Below are positions 24,329-33,457 of a stretch of DNA of 64,000 nt, piece by piece. The position numbers and the translations under genes are program-made. This stretch comes from a virus: the IMG/VR virus record IMGVR_UViG_3300045988_180913, one strand, 5' to 3'. Position 1 is the first letter of the stretch. Each line of letters starts with the position of its first letter. The notes below the pieces were generated by a model. It was given only the letters and a program-made list of their open reading frames with translations. It searched no databases and had not been told where the DNA came from.

Positions 24329-24886
24329 ATGCCATATAAAAGTGAAGCACAAAGACGATTTTTTAATTCTGAGAAAGGAAAAGAAGTCGTAGGTAAAAAG
24401 AATGTAGAAAAGTTTAACAAAGAAAGTAAAGGTTTAAAGCTTCCTGAAAAAGTAAAAGAGAAAGATGAAACATTAGGTGAATATATAAAATCAAGTTTTG
24501 ATGAATGTAAAGATAAAGATGAAATGTTAAAAAGGAGAATTGCAACTATGGGAAAAGCTAATGATACTAATATGAAAATTTTAAAAGCACTTGATAGTAT
24601 TGAGAAGGTTGAGAGAACATTTGATTCAAAGTATGATGTAAATCATGCAGCAAATTATTTATGGACATTTGGAGAAGGAAGACCAACATTTTTAAATAAT
24701 ATTATTTCTGAAGCAGAAAGTTATGCAAAATCTAAAGGTGCTAAAACAAAAGATGAAGCAAGAAAGTATGTTATTGAATATGCAAGTAAAGAATTTGAAA
24801 GTGCTTATAAAGATCTTAAAAGAGAAGTTGTTAAAATTCTTAAAAGCGGATATGCTACATGTTTAAATGCTATTAAAAGATGGTAA
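24329..24886 (+). CDS. hypothetical virion-associated protein
   Basis: GGGAGAAG RBS. The N-terminal YKSEAQRRFF motif is common in phage head-module proteins. Confidence 0.5.
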   Translation: MPYKSEAQRRFFNSEKGKEVVGKKNVEKFNKESKGLKLPEKVKEKDETLGEYIKSSFDECKDKDEMLKRRIATMGKANDTNMKILKALDSIEKVERTFDSKYDVNHAANYLWTFGEGRPTFLNNIISEAESYAKSKGAKTKDEARKYVIEYASKEFESAYKDLKREVVKILKSGYATCLNAIKRW

Positions 24887-24899
24887 GAATTAAATAAAA

Positions 24900-25754
24900 A
24901 TGAAAAAGAAAAAATTTGATGCTTCAAATAGAATAGAGCAAAAATATACAACATTATTAAATAGATTATTAAAGCCAATAAAAAAAGAAGCTCTTAAATA
25001 TGTAAATGATAAAAGTAAATTTAAAAAAGTTTTAGAAAATGCTGCAAAGTCAAGAACTTATAAGAAAAAAGCAAAAGAAATTGTAAAGACTATTTCAACT
25101 ATGATTTATGAAAGCAATTCAAAAAGTTGGAGAGAAGCAGCAAGAAAAAGTAGTAGAGGAAAAGAAATAAAGCAAAGCATAGAAAAAGAAATTGAGGGTA
25201 ATGTTAAAAAAAGAATGGATGAATTATTTAAATATAATGTATCATTAATTGAAACATTACCTTCAAAAATATCAGAAAATGTTATAAATCATATAAATAC
25301 AGAATCTTTTAAAGGAAAAAGAGCAGAGGATATATCAAAAGAAATAAAAAGATTTTTTCCTGAAAATACAAAAGCAAATGCTAAATTAATAGCAAGAACT
25401 GAAACAAGTAAATTTAGTTCAGCATTGACACAAGTGAGATCAGAAGACCTTGGAATTTATTGGTATGTTTGGAGGACCTCAGAAGATGTATCAGTGAGAA
25501 GCTCTCATAAGGTAATGGAAAATGTATTAATAAATTATAAGTATCCAGCATCACCAGAGAGTCTTGATAAAAGACATAAATATAAAAAGATACCATTACC
25601 ATATCATGCAGGAAATATATACAATTGCAGATGCTATCAAGAACCCCTGGTTGATTTAAATGATGTAAGATGGCCACATAAAGTATATAACTGGAAAACA
25701 AAAAACATAGAAATGATGACATTGGATAAATTTAAGAAAGAATTTTTGCAATAA
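24900..25754 (+). CDS. head morphogenesis protein, SPP1 gp7 / Mu F family
   Basis: ARTETSKFSSALTQVRSEDLGIYWYVWRTSEDVSVRSSH...YHAGNIYNCRCY is the MuF signature. Confidence 0.85.
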   Translation: MKKKKFDASNRIEQKYTTLLNRLLKPIKKEALKYVNDKSKFKKVLENAAKSRTYKKKAKEIVKTISTMIYESNSKSWREAARKSSRGKEIKQSIEKEIEGNVKKRMDELFKYNVSLIETLPSKISENVINHINTESFKGKRAEDISKEIKRFFPENTKANAKLIARTETSKFSSALTQVRSEDLGIYWYVWRTSEDVSVRSSHKVMENVLINYKYPASPESLDKRHKYKKIPLPYHAGNIYNCRCYQEPLVDLNDVRWPHKVYNWKTKNIEMMTLDKFKKEFLQ

Positions 25755-25775
25755 ATGCTTGCGGAGAAATAAAAG

Positions 25776-26543
25776 ATGCTTGATTATTATAAAATAATTA
25801 AAATATTTGATGAAGATTTTGATGAAGAAAAACATCCAAGAGATAAATCGGGGAAATTTGTTAAAAAATCAAAAGAAAGCCAAAAAGGTCATAATGTCAT
25901 AAAAAATAAAAAATATTCAAGTGAAATGGTTGATCCATATTATATTAAACCTATAAATGATATAACTAATAAAAATAAATATAATGCTTTATTATATGAA
26001 TTTAAAAATAATGGTTATAATGGTAGACCAATATTAGCTATTGAAACATCTAAAGGAGAATATGAAGCTTTAACTGGAAGTCATAGAATATTAGCTGCTA
26101 AAAAAGCTGGCATAGAAATACCTGTTAAAGTTGTGGAATATAAAAAAGGAATGCAAGAATTGCTGGATGCAAATGATGATGATGAAAGAGAAAAGATATT
26201 AAAAGATTTGTATAAAAAAAGAAAAATAGATAAAGAATCATTAGATTTATTTATTGAAGAGCAAAATAGAAATTATGATGATATTGAAAGTAAAAAACTT
26301 GAAAAAGAATATGTAAAAAAGTCTAATAAATTAAAAGAGCAAGAAAAAGAAGAAAAAGAGGCAATAAAAAATAAAAATAATAAAGAAAATGATAAAAAGT
26401 ATGAAAAAGAAATGAAAGAATATAAAAATTTTTATAAAGATATGGTGGAAAAATATGGAGAAGAAAAAATGTATAGTGAAATGACAGATCCAGAGATTGA
26501 TAAGTTATTCTTATTAGAATCAAAGGCATATGGGAAATGCTAA
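25776..26543 (+). CDS. putative packaged cargo: leader + HPR..G.F linker + ParB-like nuclease domain + K/E-rich tail
   Basis: MLDYYKIIKIFDEDFDEEKHPRDKSGKFVKK, followed by NGYNGRPILAIETSKGEYEALTGSHRILAAKKAGIEIPVKVV (ParB N-domain). Confidence 0.7.
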   Translation: MLDYYKIIKIFDEDFDEEKHPRDKSGKFVKKSKESQKGHNVIKNKKYSSEMVDPYYIKPINDITNKNKYNALLYEFKNNGYNGRPILAIETSKGEYEALTGSHRILAAKKAGIEIPVKVVEYKKGMQELLDANDDDEREKILKDLYKKRKIDKESLDLFIEEQNRNYDDIESKKLEKEYVKKSNKLKEQEKEEKEAIKNKNNKENDKKYEKEMKEYKNFYKDMVEKYGEEKMYSEMTDPEIDKLFLLESKAYGKC

Positions 26544-26608
26544 TTTTTTAAAGAATTTAATGGGTATAAATAATTTTAGAAAAAAATCTTAAAATTTAAT
26601 AAAATCTA

Positions 26609-26637
26609 TTTACAAACACTCTACATTGTGTTAGAAT
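26609..26637 (+). promoter_or_regulatory. sigma-A-type promoter (family copy P6) with conserved leader
   Basis: Identical core to P5. TTTACA (26609-14), 17 nt, TGT-TAGAAT (26629-37). The leader ends TAGTTAAAAATTTAGGAGGA. Confidence 0.75.
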
Positions 26638-26691
26638 ATAAATATAAGGAAGGAAATAAAAAAATAGTTAAAAATTTAGGAGGAAATAAAA

Positions 26692-26979
26692 ATGAAAAAG
26701 TATTTAGCAATTGGTCATTTTAAAGAATCAAAAAATTTAACTTCTATTGCAATGAAAGCTACAACAAAAGAAAATTTTGTAAAGAATATGTTAGGCAATG
26801 AATTTGTTGCTTATGTAATAATTACAGAAAAAATGATGAATAAAATTGAAAGTATGTGTGGAATGGATTTGTTTAATCAGGTTAAGAAAATGACTACAAA
26901 TTATCGTAGATGGAATGATGTTATTGAGTACATTGAACAATGCTATGATATTATGGAAGATAGAATGTGTAATGCATAA
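26692..26979 (+). CDS. hypothetical protein
   Basis: 95-aa ORF after the P6 leader. Confidence 0.6.
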   Translation: MKKYLAIGHFKESKNLTSIAMKATTKENFVKNMLGNEFVAYVIITEKMMNKIESMCGMDLFNQVKKMTTNYRRWNDVIEYIEQCYDIMEDRMCNA

Positions 26980-27015
26980 TAAATAAATTTAGATAAAATA
27001 TTTGGAGGTAAAATT

Positions 27016-27159
27016 ATGTATAGGCTGGAAGTAAAGTTAGGAAGAAAGTGGAAATTAGGTTTGGTGGTTTATAAAACATTAGAGGATGCAAATGAAAGAG
27101 CTGAATATATGAAGCTTGTTGGACATAAAGTAAGAATAATTGAAGATTGGGTAAAATAA
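27016..27159 (+). CDS. hypothetical small protein (47 aa)
   Basis: GGAGGT RBS. Sequence MYRLEVKLGRKWKLGLVVYKTLEDANERAEYMKLVGHKVRIIEDWVK. Confidence 0.45.
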   Translation: MYRLEVKLGRKWKLGLVVYKTLEDANERAEYMKLVGHKVRIIEDWVK

Positions 27160-27188
27160 AAGAAAAAAAAGAGGAGTGAAAGAAAAAA

Positions 27189-27452
27189 ATGATTAATATT
27201 AACTCTGCAACAAATGTATTTAAAACAATGGATGCTGAAATAGGAAAGAAAAGAAAATATATTGCAGGTTTTGTTCCTGATAAAAATGCTGATAAAAGTT
27301 CAGTGTTTACAAAATATAAATTTTTTGAGTTTGAAAGTGAGTCATCAGCTGGGACAAATAAAAATTATGAAGATGCTATTAAAAAGGCAAGAGCATTATA
27401 TGGTTCAAAAGTTGCAAATGAAATTAAAATTGATGTTATAAGATTAGCTTAA
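27189..27452 (+). CDS. hypothetical protein
   Basis: 87-aa ORF with a GAGGAGTGA RBS. Confidence 0.55.
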   Translation: MININSATNVFKTMDAEIGKKRKYIAGFVPDKNADKSSVFTKYKFFEFESESSAGTNKNYEDAIKKARALYGSKVANEIKIDVIRLA

Positions 27453-27475
27453 AATAAAAAATAAGAAGTTAAGAA

Positions 27476-27823
27476 ATGCTTGAATATGATAAAATAATAA
27501 ATGTTTTTGTAAGAGATGCTAAATTTGAATATGAAAATGGAAAAAATCATTTTATAAAAAGGAAAAAGAGAAATGATATTCCAAAAGATATGGGTTTAAG
27601 TAAATATTTTAAAGAATCAGAAAGTAGATCTTTAAAAGATATTGATGGGAGAAAAGTAAGAGCATATACTTCAAATAATAGAACAGTTAAAAATGATGGA
27701 GAGTGGACAACTGTTTATGTTGGTGGTAAAAGAGGTAAACTTATTTCTTCATACCCACAAACAAAAGAAAGATTTGAAAATGTTATGAAAAGGGATAAAG
27801 GCATAGAGATATATAAAGAATAG
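27476..27823 (+). CDS. putative packaged cargo protein of unknown function (shares N-terminal leader)
   Basis: MLEYDKIINVFVRD is a leader paralogous to those of 25776 and 28838. Small and basic; a toxin or nuclease fold is possible but not recognisable by eye. Confidence 0.5.
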   Translation: MLEYDKIINVFVRDAKFEYENGKNHFIKRKKRNDIPKDMGLSKYFKESESRSLKDIDGRKVRAYTSNNRTVKNDGEWTTVYVGGKRGKLISSYPQTKERFENVMKRDKGIEIYKE

Positions 27824-27840
27824 AAAAGAGGTAGAGAAAA

Positions 27841-28005
27841 ATGAAATTAAGATTTATTATGAATAAAATTTTATTTTTAATTTGTATTGTACCAAATTAT
27901 ATTGAGTATAGAATGTTGTTAAAAGAAGGTTGTGTTCAAAAAGGTTTTTTTAAAGGTTTTTTTGAAGATTATAATGGTGTAGGATTTGAAGATGAGGTTT
28001 GTTAA
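27841..28005 (+). CDS. small hydrophobic protein (54 aa)
   Basis: AGAGGTAGAG RBS. TAAATG coupling to the next gene. Below the track cutoff. Confidence 0.35.
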   Translation: MKLRFIMNKILFLICIVPNYIEYRMLLKEGCVQKGFFKGFFEDYNGVGFEDEVC

Positions 28006-28833
28006 ATGATATTATTAAATACAATAGCTGGTGATATTATTGGCTCAAAATATGAATTTAGCAATATTCATAGCAAAGAATTTGAATTATTTCAAGATGA
28101 TATGCATTATACTGATGATACAGTGTTAACTATTGCAACAATTGATGCATTGCTGGAAATAAATAAAAGATATACAGAAGAAAGTTATGAGTTTGAAAAA
28201 GATATAGATGAAAAGCTTATATCTATTTTTAAAGAAAAATATTATGAATATGGAAATAAATATAATAATATTAATTTAGCATATGGTGCAAACTTTTTAA
28301 AGTGGTTATCATTTCAATATAAAAAAGCATATCCATATAATAGTTTTGGAAATGGTTCAGCGATGAGAGTTTCACCAATTGCATGGTATTCAAAAACTTT
28401 AAAAGAAGCAAGGTTGTTAGCAAAATGTTCTGCTTTTGTAACACATAATCATACACTTGGTATAAAAGGTGCAGTTGATATTACTGAATCAATATTTAAA
28501 TTATTAAATTATAATGCAGATAAAGATGACATAATAAAGGAATGCAAATATATTGTTCCAAGTAATATTTCAAAAGTATTATTTGATGAAACTTGTGAAG
28601 GAACAATACCATATGCTTATAAATGTTTTGTTGACTCCGAATCAACTGAAGATGCTATAAGAAATGCTATAAGTTGTGGAGGGGATTCTGATACTTTAGG
28701 TATAATTACTGCTTCATTAGCTGAAGCATATTATCCAGAGGATGAAGAAATATCAAAAAATGTATTAAGATATTTGGAAAAAGAATTTATTTTAAAAATA
28801 AATGAGTTTAATAATGTTGTAGCGAAAAGGTGA
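28006..28833 (+). CDS. ADP-ribosylglycohydrolase (ARH/DraG family)
   Basis: AGDIIGSKYEF, HYTDDTVLTIA, FGNGSAMRVSPIAW and CGGDSDTLGIITASLAEAYY are the ARH family motifs. Confidence 0.85.
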   Translation: MILLNTIAGDIIGSKYEFSNIHSKEFELFQDDMHYTDDTVLTIATIDALLEINKRYTEESYEFEKDIDEKLISIFKEKYYEYGNKYNNINLAYGANFLKWLSFQYKKAYPYNSFGNGSAMRVSPIAWYSKTLKEARLLAKCSAFVTHNHTLGIKGAVDITESIFKLLNYNADKDDIIKECKYIVPSNISKVLFDETCEGTIPYAYKCFVDSESTEDAIRNAISCGGDSDTLGIITASLAEAYYPEDEEISKNVLRYLEKEFILKINEFNNVVAKR

Positions 28834-28837
28834 TGGT

Positions 28838-29560
28838 ATGCTAAATGATATTGTAAAAGTATTTGATGGTGGAGAAGGATCAGGCCATTTTAATCATGTA
28901 GGAATACCAAAGCATAAAGGTGGCTCTGCAAGAAGTGGAAAATTTAAAAGTGAGCAAAATAAACAATTTAAAGAAGGTCATATAGAAACAAAAGGTAAAA
29001 GTAGAAAAGCAAAGATAAGAAAAAGAATAAAAGGTGCAACAAGTGATGAAGTTGAAAGGTATTCAAAGTCATTAGAAGCATACACAGGTATATTTTATGA
29101 TGATATAAAGAAAGCTTATAGAAACAAGTATTCAGGTAAAAAAGTTGATAAAGGTTTTGAAAAATATTCAAATGATTTGGATGATTTTATTTATAGGTCA
29201 GAAAAATATGAAGGCACAATATATAGAGGATTAAGTCTTACAGAAAAGGATGCTTCAGAAATTATACAAAATTTAAAAAAAGGTAAGACAATGGATATGC
29301 AAGGCATATCAAGTTGGAGTTCAAATAGAAATATTTCTATTAGCTTTGCAGATACAAATGATAAAGAAAAAGAAATATGTTTATTATTTAATGTCGAGAA
29401 TAAATCAGGAACTTCAATAAGAGAATTATCTGAATTTCCAATAGAAGATGAAGTTCTGCATCCAACAACATCAAGGTATATTTTAAAGGATAAAAATTTT
29501 AAAGTAAAAACTTTATCGAGCGGAAAAAGATTAATAGAAGTAAATTTAAAAGAGGTATAA
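28838..29560 (+). CDS. ADP-ribosyltransferase (R-S-E, C3/VIP2 exoenzyme type) with cargo leader and linker
   Basis: MLNDIVKVFDGGEGSGHFNHVGIPKHKGGSA leader and linker. R in TIYRGL, STS-like ISSWSS, and E.E in FPIEDEVL. Confidence 0.8.
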   Translation: MLNDIVKVFDGGEGSGHFNHVGIPKHKGGSARSGKFKSEQNKQFKEGHIETKGKSRKAKIRKRIKGATSDEVERYSKSLEAYTGIFYDDIKKAYRNKYSGKKVDKGFEKYSNDLDDFIYRSEKYEGTIYRGLSLTEKDASEIIQNLKKGKTMDMQGISSWSSNRNISISFADTNDKEKEICLLFNVENKSGTSIRELSEFPIEDEVLHPTTSRYILKDKNFKVKTLSSGKRLIEVNLKEV

Positions 29561-29562
29561 AA

Positions 29563-30048
29563 ATGGCAAAAGGTTTAAGTTTATATGAAAAGTGGAAGAA
29601 AGATAGTGAGTATGAAAATCCTGTAGGTTTTTCTGAACAAAAAATGAATAAAACAAGTGATGAAAAAATATTAGGAATGATTGACAAATTGGATGAACTT
29701 GAAGATAAAATAAATAATAATAAAGTTTCAAAAAAAGAAATAAAGAAAATAAAAAAAAATGTAGATGAAATGATTGAAGAATTAAATGTTTTGAATGAAA
29801 ATGAAATAGAAAATAAATTAGATGAAGGTCTACCATCTGAGTCAGGTAAATATAATGGTATGAATTATGAGGAAATTTTGTCAAGAGCTTTACAAATGGA
29901 AAATGATGCTGTTGAAATTAATTTGATGTTATTGGAAATTGCACCTGATGAAGATAGAAAAAAGTTTGTAGAAATAGCAAATGATGAAAATGATCATAGT
30001 TTAATATATCAAGGAATTATTAATAGATTGCAGGGCACAAGTAAATAA
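29563..30048 (+). CDS. hypothetical protein, C-terminal ferritin/rubrerythrin-like helix pair (weak)
   Basis: ALQMENDAVEINLMLLEIAPDEDRKKFVEIANDENDHSLIY. Confidence 0.35.
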   Translation: MAKGLSLYEKWKKDSEYENPVGFSEQKMNKTSDEKILGMIDKLDELEDKINNNKVSKKEIKKIKKNVDEMIEELNVLNENEIENKLDEGLPSESGKYNGMNYEEILSRALQMENDAVEINLMLLEIAPDEDRKKFVEIANDENDHSLIYQGIINRLQGTSK

Positions 30049-30060
30049 AGGTGAGAAACT

Positions 30061-30420
30061 ATGGACAATAAAGAAAAAATAGTAAAATTATTAAATATAA
30101 AATATGATGCATATAAAGAAATATTAGAGAGAAATTATGAATTAAAGTTTAAAAATTATTTTGAAAAATATGAAAATAGCTTAGATGTAATTAAAGCAAG
30201 AGAAAGACTTAACAAGTCAAAATTAAAAAATAGAGAATTATTTGAAGAATTTTTAGAAGCTATAAGGTATGTAGACTATAATAGTATAGATAAAAAAGAA
30301 AGAAATGAATTAATAAGACAATATGAAGATAAGTTTAGAGAAAATATAAAAGAAATAAATAAAAATCAATATATAATTTTTAATGAATTTTTAATAAAAC
30401 ATGAAAAAAGTAAAAAGTGA
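30061..30420 (+). CDS. hypothetical coiled-coil protein
   Basis: 119-aa K/E-rich ORF. Confidence 0.55.
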   Translation: MDNKEKIVKLLNIKYDAYKEILERNYELKFKNYFEKYENSLDVIKARERLNKSKLKNRELFEEFLEAIRYVDYNSIDKKERNELIRQYEDKFRENIKEINKNQYIIFNEFLIKHEKSKK

Positions 30421-30481
30421 TAAAAATTGTAAATAGGTAAGGTGATATTCATGGTAAGCATAAGAAGCCCAAACTTTACTA

Positions 30482-30510
30482 TTTACAATTTTTATTAATT
30501 GTATTAAAAT
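30482..30510 (+). promoter_or_regulatory. sigma-A-type promoter (family copy P7)
   Basis: ACTATTTACAAT. TTTACA (30482-87), 17 nt, TAAAAT (30505-10). Lies upstream of the capsid module. Confidence 0.6.
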
Positions 30511-30536
30511 ATAATTAAAGTGAGGGTGATAATGAA

Positions 30537-31835
30537 TTGGCTAAAGCACATTTTGGTTCAAAGATAAGTCCTAATATGAAACGTACTCCTGAAGATTTTT
30601 TAATTTGTTATAATGTGCCAATAGCAAGAACAGGGGTACAAAAATATTTAGGAAAAGAGTTAGGGTTGAATGATAGAGCCGACGAAATAATAAAAGTGTA
30701 TAGAACAGAGGAAGAAGTTTTTAATCCAAAGACAATAGCTTCATTTGAAGGAAAAGTATTTGTTGATGAGCATCCAAATGACTGGGTAACACCTTTGAAT
30801 TTTCAAACATATGGGAAGGGCACAATAACTAATGTTAGAAGAGGTGTCGGAAGAGATAGTGATTTATTGCTGGCAGACATTATAGTTTATAATTTAGCAC
30901 AAATAGAGGAAATAGAGAGCAAACAAAAAAGAGAAGTATCTTGTGGGTATGAATGTGAATATGTGCCTTATAAAGATGGGTATGCTCAAAAAAATATTAT
31001 AGGTAATCATGTGGCTCTTGTAAATGCAGGAAGAGCAGGAAGTAGAGTTGCTATAAAAGATAATAAGATAAATGAATTAAAGGGAGGTAACAAAAAAATG
31101 GGTGAAAATAAAACCTATAGAATACCAAGAAGACAAAAGACTTCTGAGTTTCTTCAGGCTGTTGGTTTAAAGCATGTTGCAATGGATGCTGATCCTGAAG
31201 ATATTATGGATGCTATGTATGATCTTGTTGAAGAGAAAAAGGTTGAGGATGAAGAAAAAGAAGTTCAACCTGCACCTCAGATAAAGAGTGAAGAAGAAAA
31301 GATGAATAATGATGAAGATGTGAAGGAAGTAAAGGAAGCTTTATCAAGTGTAAAGGATGCTCTTTATTCTATTTTAGCTTCAAATTATACAAAGGATGAG
31401 GAAGCTGAAGAAAATGAGGAAGGCATGGAATCACTTGATGAATTAGAAGAAGAATTAGAAGAAGAAGTAGAGGATGCTGAAATTGATGAAATTGAGTCAA
31501 TTGAAGAACCGGCTGAAGAAATGAATAAGGATGAAGATTATGAATTGGATGAAGTAGAAAAGACAAAGGATTCTGCAATAGAATTAATGAGAGCTTTAAA
31601 ACCTATTATTGCTTATATTCCAAATAAAAAGGAAAGAAAGAGAGTGTCTGATAACTTAGCAAAAGTTCTTAAAAATCAGGTAAAAGATGCTAAAGCAAAG
31701 AAGAAAAATTCTTCTGTATATTCAAAGATTGTAAGTGGAAGAGCAAGTGATAGTGCATATAAAAATACTAATGAAGATATAGGTGCAAAGATTGCTGAAA
31801 TGTACAATCCACATTATAAGAAGGAGGTAAAATAA
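30537..31835 (+). CDS. prohead protease/scaffold protein (XkdF / DUF2213-like) with acidic coiled-coil C-half
   Basis: TTG start after GAGGGTGA. MAKAHFGSKISPNMKRTPEDFLICYNVPIARTGVQKY...VFVDEHP. Long E/D-rich scaffold-like segment. Confidence 0.7.
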   Translation: MAKAHFGSKISPNMKRTPEDFLICYNVPIARTGVQKYLGKELGLNDRADEIIKVYRTEEEVFNPKTIASFEGKVFVDEHPNDWVTPLNFQTYGKGTITNVRRGVGRDSDLLLADIIVYNLAQIEEIESKQKREVSCGYECEYVPYKDGYAQKNIIGNHVALVNAGRAGSRVAIKDNKINELKGGNKKMGENKTYRIPRRQKTSEFLQAVGLKHVAMDADPEDIMDAMYDLVEEKKVEDEEKEVQPAPQIKSEEEKMNNDEDVKEVKEALSSVKDALYSILASNYTKDEEAEENEEGMESLDELEEELEEEVEDAEIDEIESIEEPAEEMNKDEDYELDEVEKTKDSAIELMRALKPIIAYIPNKKERKRVSDNLAKVLKNQVKDAKAKKKNSSVYSKIVSGRASDSAYKNTNEDIGAKIAEMYNPHYKKEVK

Positions 31836-31836
31836 T

Positions 31837-32346
31837 ATGCCAGGTGCAGTTATTGGAAAAGCTTTAAATTTAGGATATATTGGCAAGATATCAAGAGATG
31901 GGGATGCAATTGTAACCAATAGAATTGTTTCCGGTGAAAGTGAAGCAATTGATTTTGGTGCAGCTGTATTTTTAAATGATGATAATACTGTAAGAAATGT
32001 TACAGTTACAGGTGATGTAGGTGAGGAAACATCTACTGATACAGTTGATAAGTTTGTAGGTATTGCTGTAGCTGAAGTTGTTCAAGCTACAGAATATACA
32101 CAGCAGGCTTCTGCATATTTAAAGAATAAGGGTTGTGATATTCTTGTAAGAGGTTCTATAATTGTTGAGATGGGTACAGGTACACCTAAAGCAGGCGGAA
32201 AAGTATTCTTTAATTTTGCAACAGGTAAGTTTGATGCTACAGAACCATCTACAAAAGGTTTTGCTATTCCAGCAAGATTTACGACAGGTTATGTTGATGG
32301 TAAAGGTGGAGTAGAAATTACAATTCTTGAAAGAAATCTTATTTAA
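31837..32346 (+). CDS. head decoration/cement-like protein (DUF2190-like)
   Basis: Lies between scaffold and capsid. FVGIAVAEV...GCDILVRGSIIVEM pattern. Confidence 0.5.
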   Translation: MPGAVIGKALNLGYIGKISRDGDAIVTNRIVSGESEAIDFGAAVFLNDDNTVRNVTVTGDVGEETSTDTVDKFVGIAVAEVVQATEYTQQASAYLKNKGCDILVRGSIIVEMGTGTPKAGGKVFFNFATGKFDATEPSTKGFAIPARFTTGYVDGKGGVEITILERNLI

Positions 32347-32371
32347 ATAATAAAAGTATGGAGGTAATTAA

Positions 32372-33376
32372 ATGTTTCACGGAAACAATCAAATAAAAAG
32401 AGTATTTGATAATGCTCCTGTAGTAAGAATGTCTGATAGTGCAATTGCTTCAGGATTAGCATTTTTAAATGGAGAACTTGAAAAGAGAGATCCAAAGCTT
32501 TATGAACCACTCACTTCTGTAACATGGATGAGAGATATTGTTGCTGATACAGGTGGTGGTTGGAGTGAATATACTTCGAATTATTTTGTTGATTATGCAA
32601 CTACAGGAAGTGGAACTTCTGGAATAGTTGGTGGTCAAACAAATGATATTCCAATGATGCAAGCAAATATCACAAAAGATAATTACAAGGTATTCTCGTG
32701 GGCTAATATTCTTAGAGTACCATTTGTTGACAATGAGCTCTTGAAGACCGTTGGAAGAAGTCTTGATGATATTCTTGATAAGGGTATTAAATTAAATTGG
32801 AATAAAGACCTTGACACAATGACATATGAAGGATATGATTCATTAGATATTCATGGTCTTGTAAATCATCCGCTTGTAGAAAACGAAATGGCACAAGCAG
32901 GTGCAGGAGGTGCTACTGAATGGAAGAAGAAGACTCCTGATGAAATTCTTGAAGATATTAATAGTGTTGTTGTTGAAACGTGGGAAGACTCTGAATATGA
33001 TTTAACTGGCATGGCAAATCATATTCTCATTGACCCATCTAATTATGCTTACATTGTAACAAGAAAAGTTTCTGAAGCTGGTAATATTTCAATACTCCAA
33101 TATATACTTGAAAATAATATTGCAAAGAATCAGGGAAGAGATCTTATGATTTATCCTTGCAGATGGTGTGCAGGTGCAGGTGCAAGTGACAAGAATAGAA
33201 TGGTTGCTTATGTAAATGAAAAGGAAAAGGTCAGAATAGACATTCCTGTAATGCTTGGAAGAGTAATGACTCAGCCTGATGTACAGCAAATGGCATATCT
33301 TACAGCATATGCAGGCCAAATTGGCCAGGTTAAGATTATGTACTATGAAACAATTAGATATAAGGATGGCATTTAA
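32372..33376 (+). CDS. major capsid protein (DUF2184 / HK97-fold type)
   Basis: 334 aa, GGAGGT RBS, positioned after the scaffold. LAFLNGELEKRDPKLYEPLTSVTWMRDI is typical of this capsid family. A terminator follows. Confidence 0.8.
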   Translation: MFHGNNQIKRVFDNAPVVRMSDSAIASGLAFLNGELEKRDPKLYEPLTSVTWMRDIVADTGGGWSEYTSNYFVDYATTGSGTSGIVGGQTNDIPMMQANITKDNYKVFSWANILRVPFVDNELLKTVGRSLDDILDKGIKLNWNKDLDTMTYEGYDSLDIHGLVNHPLVENEMAQAGAGGATEWKKKTPDEILEDINSVVVETWEDSEYDLTGMANHILIDPSNYAYIVTRKVSEAGNISILQYILENNIAKNQGRDLMIYPCRWCAGAGASDKNRMVAYVNEKEKVRIDIPVMLGRVMTQPDVQQMAYLTAYAGQIGQVKIMYYETIRYKDGI

Positions 33377-33399
33377 TAAACTTTAAATTTAGAAATACT

Positions 33400-33430
33400 G
33401 AGGTGGTTTGAAATATAATCACCTCTTTAT
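33400..33430 (+). terminator. probable terminator after the capsid gene
   Basis: GAGGTG (33400-05) / CACCTC (33420-25) followed by TTTAT. Short stem and weak U-tract. Confidence 0.4.
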
Positions 33431-33457
33431 CAAATTATGTAAAAGGAGAAAAGATTA

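Noticed and set aside
31200-31560. Acidic GAA/GAT-rich repeats (also at 53170-53515) considered as tandem DNA repeats
   Set aside because: They are in-frame low-complexity coding sequence for the scaffold coiled coil and the SSB-like acidic tail. They have no exact repeat unit.
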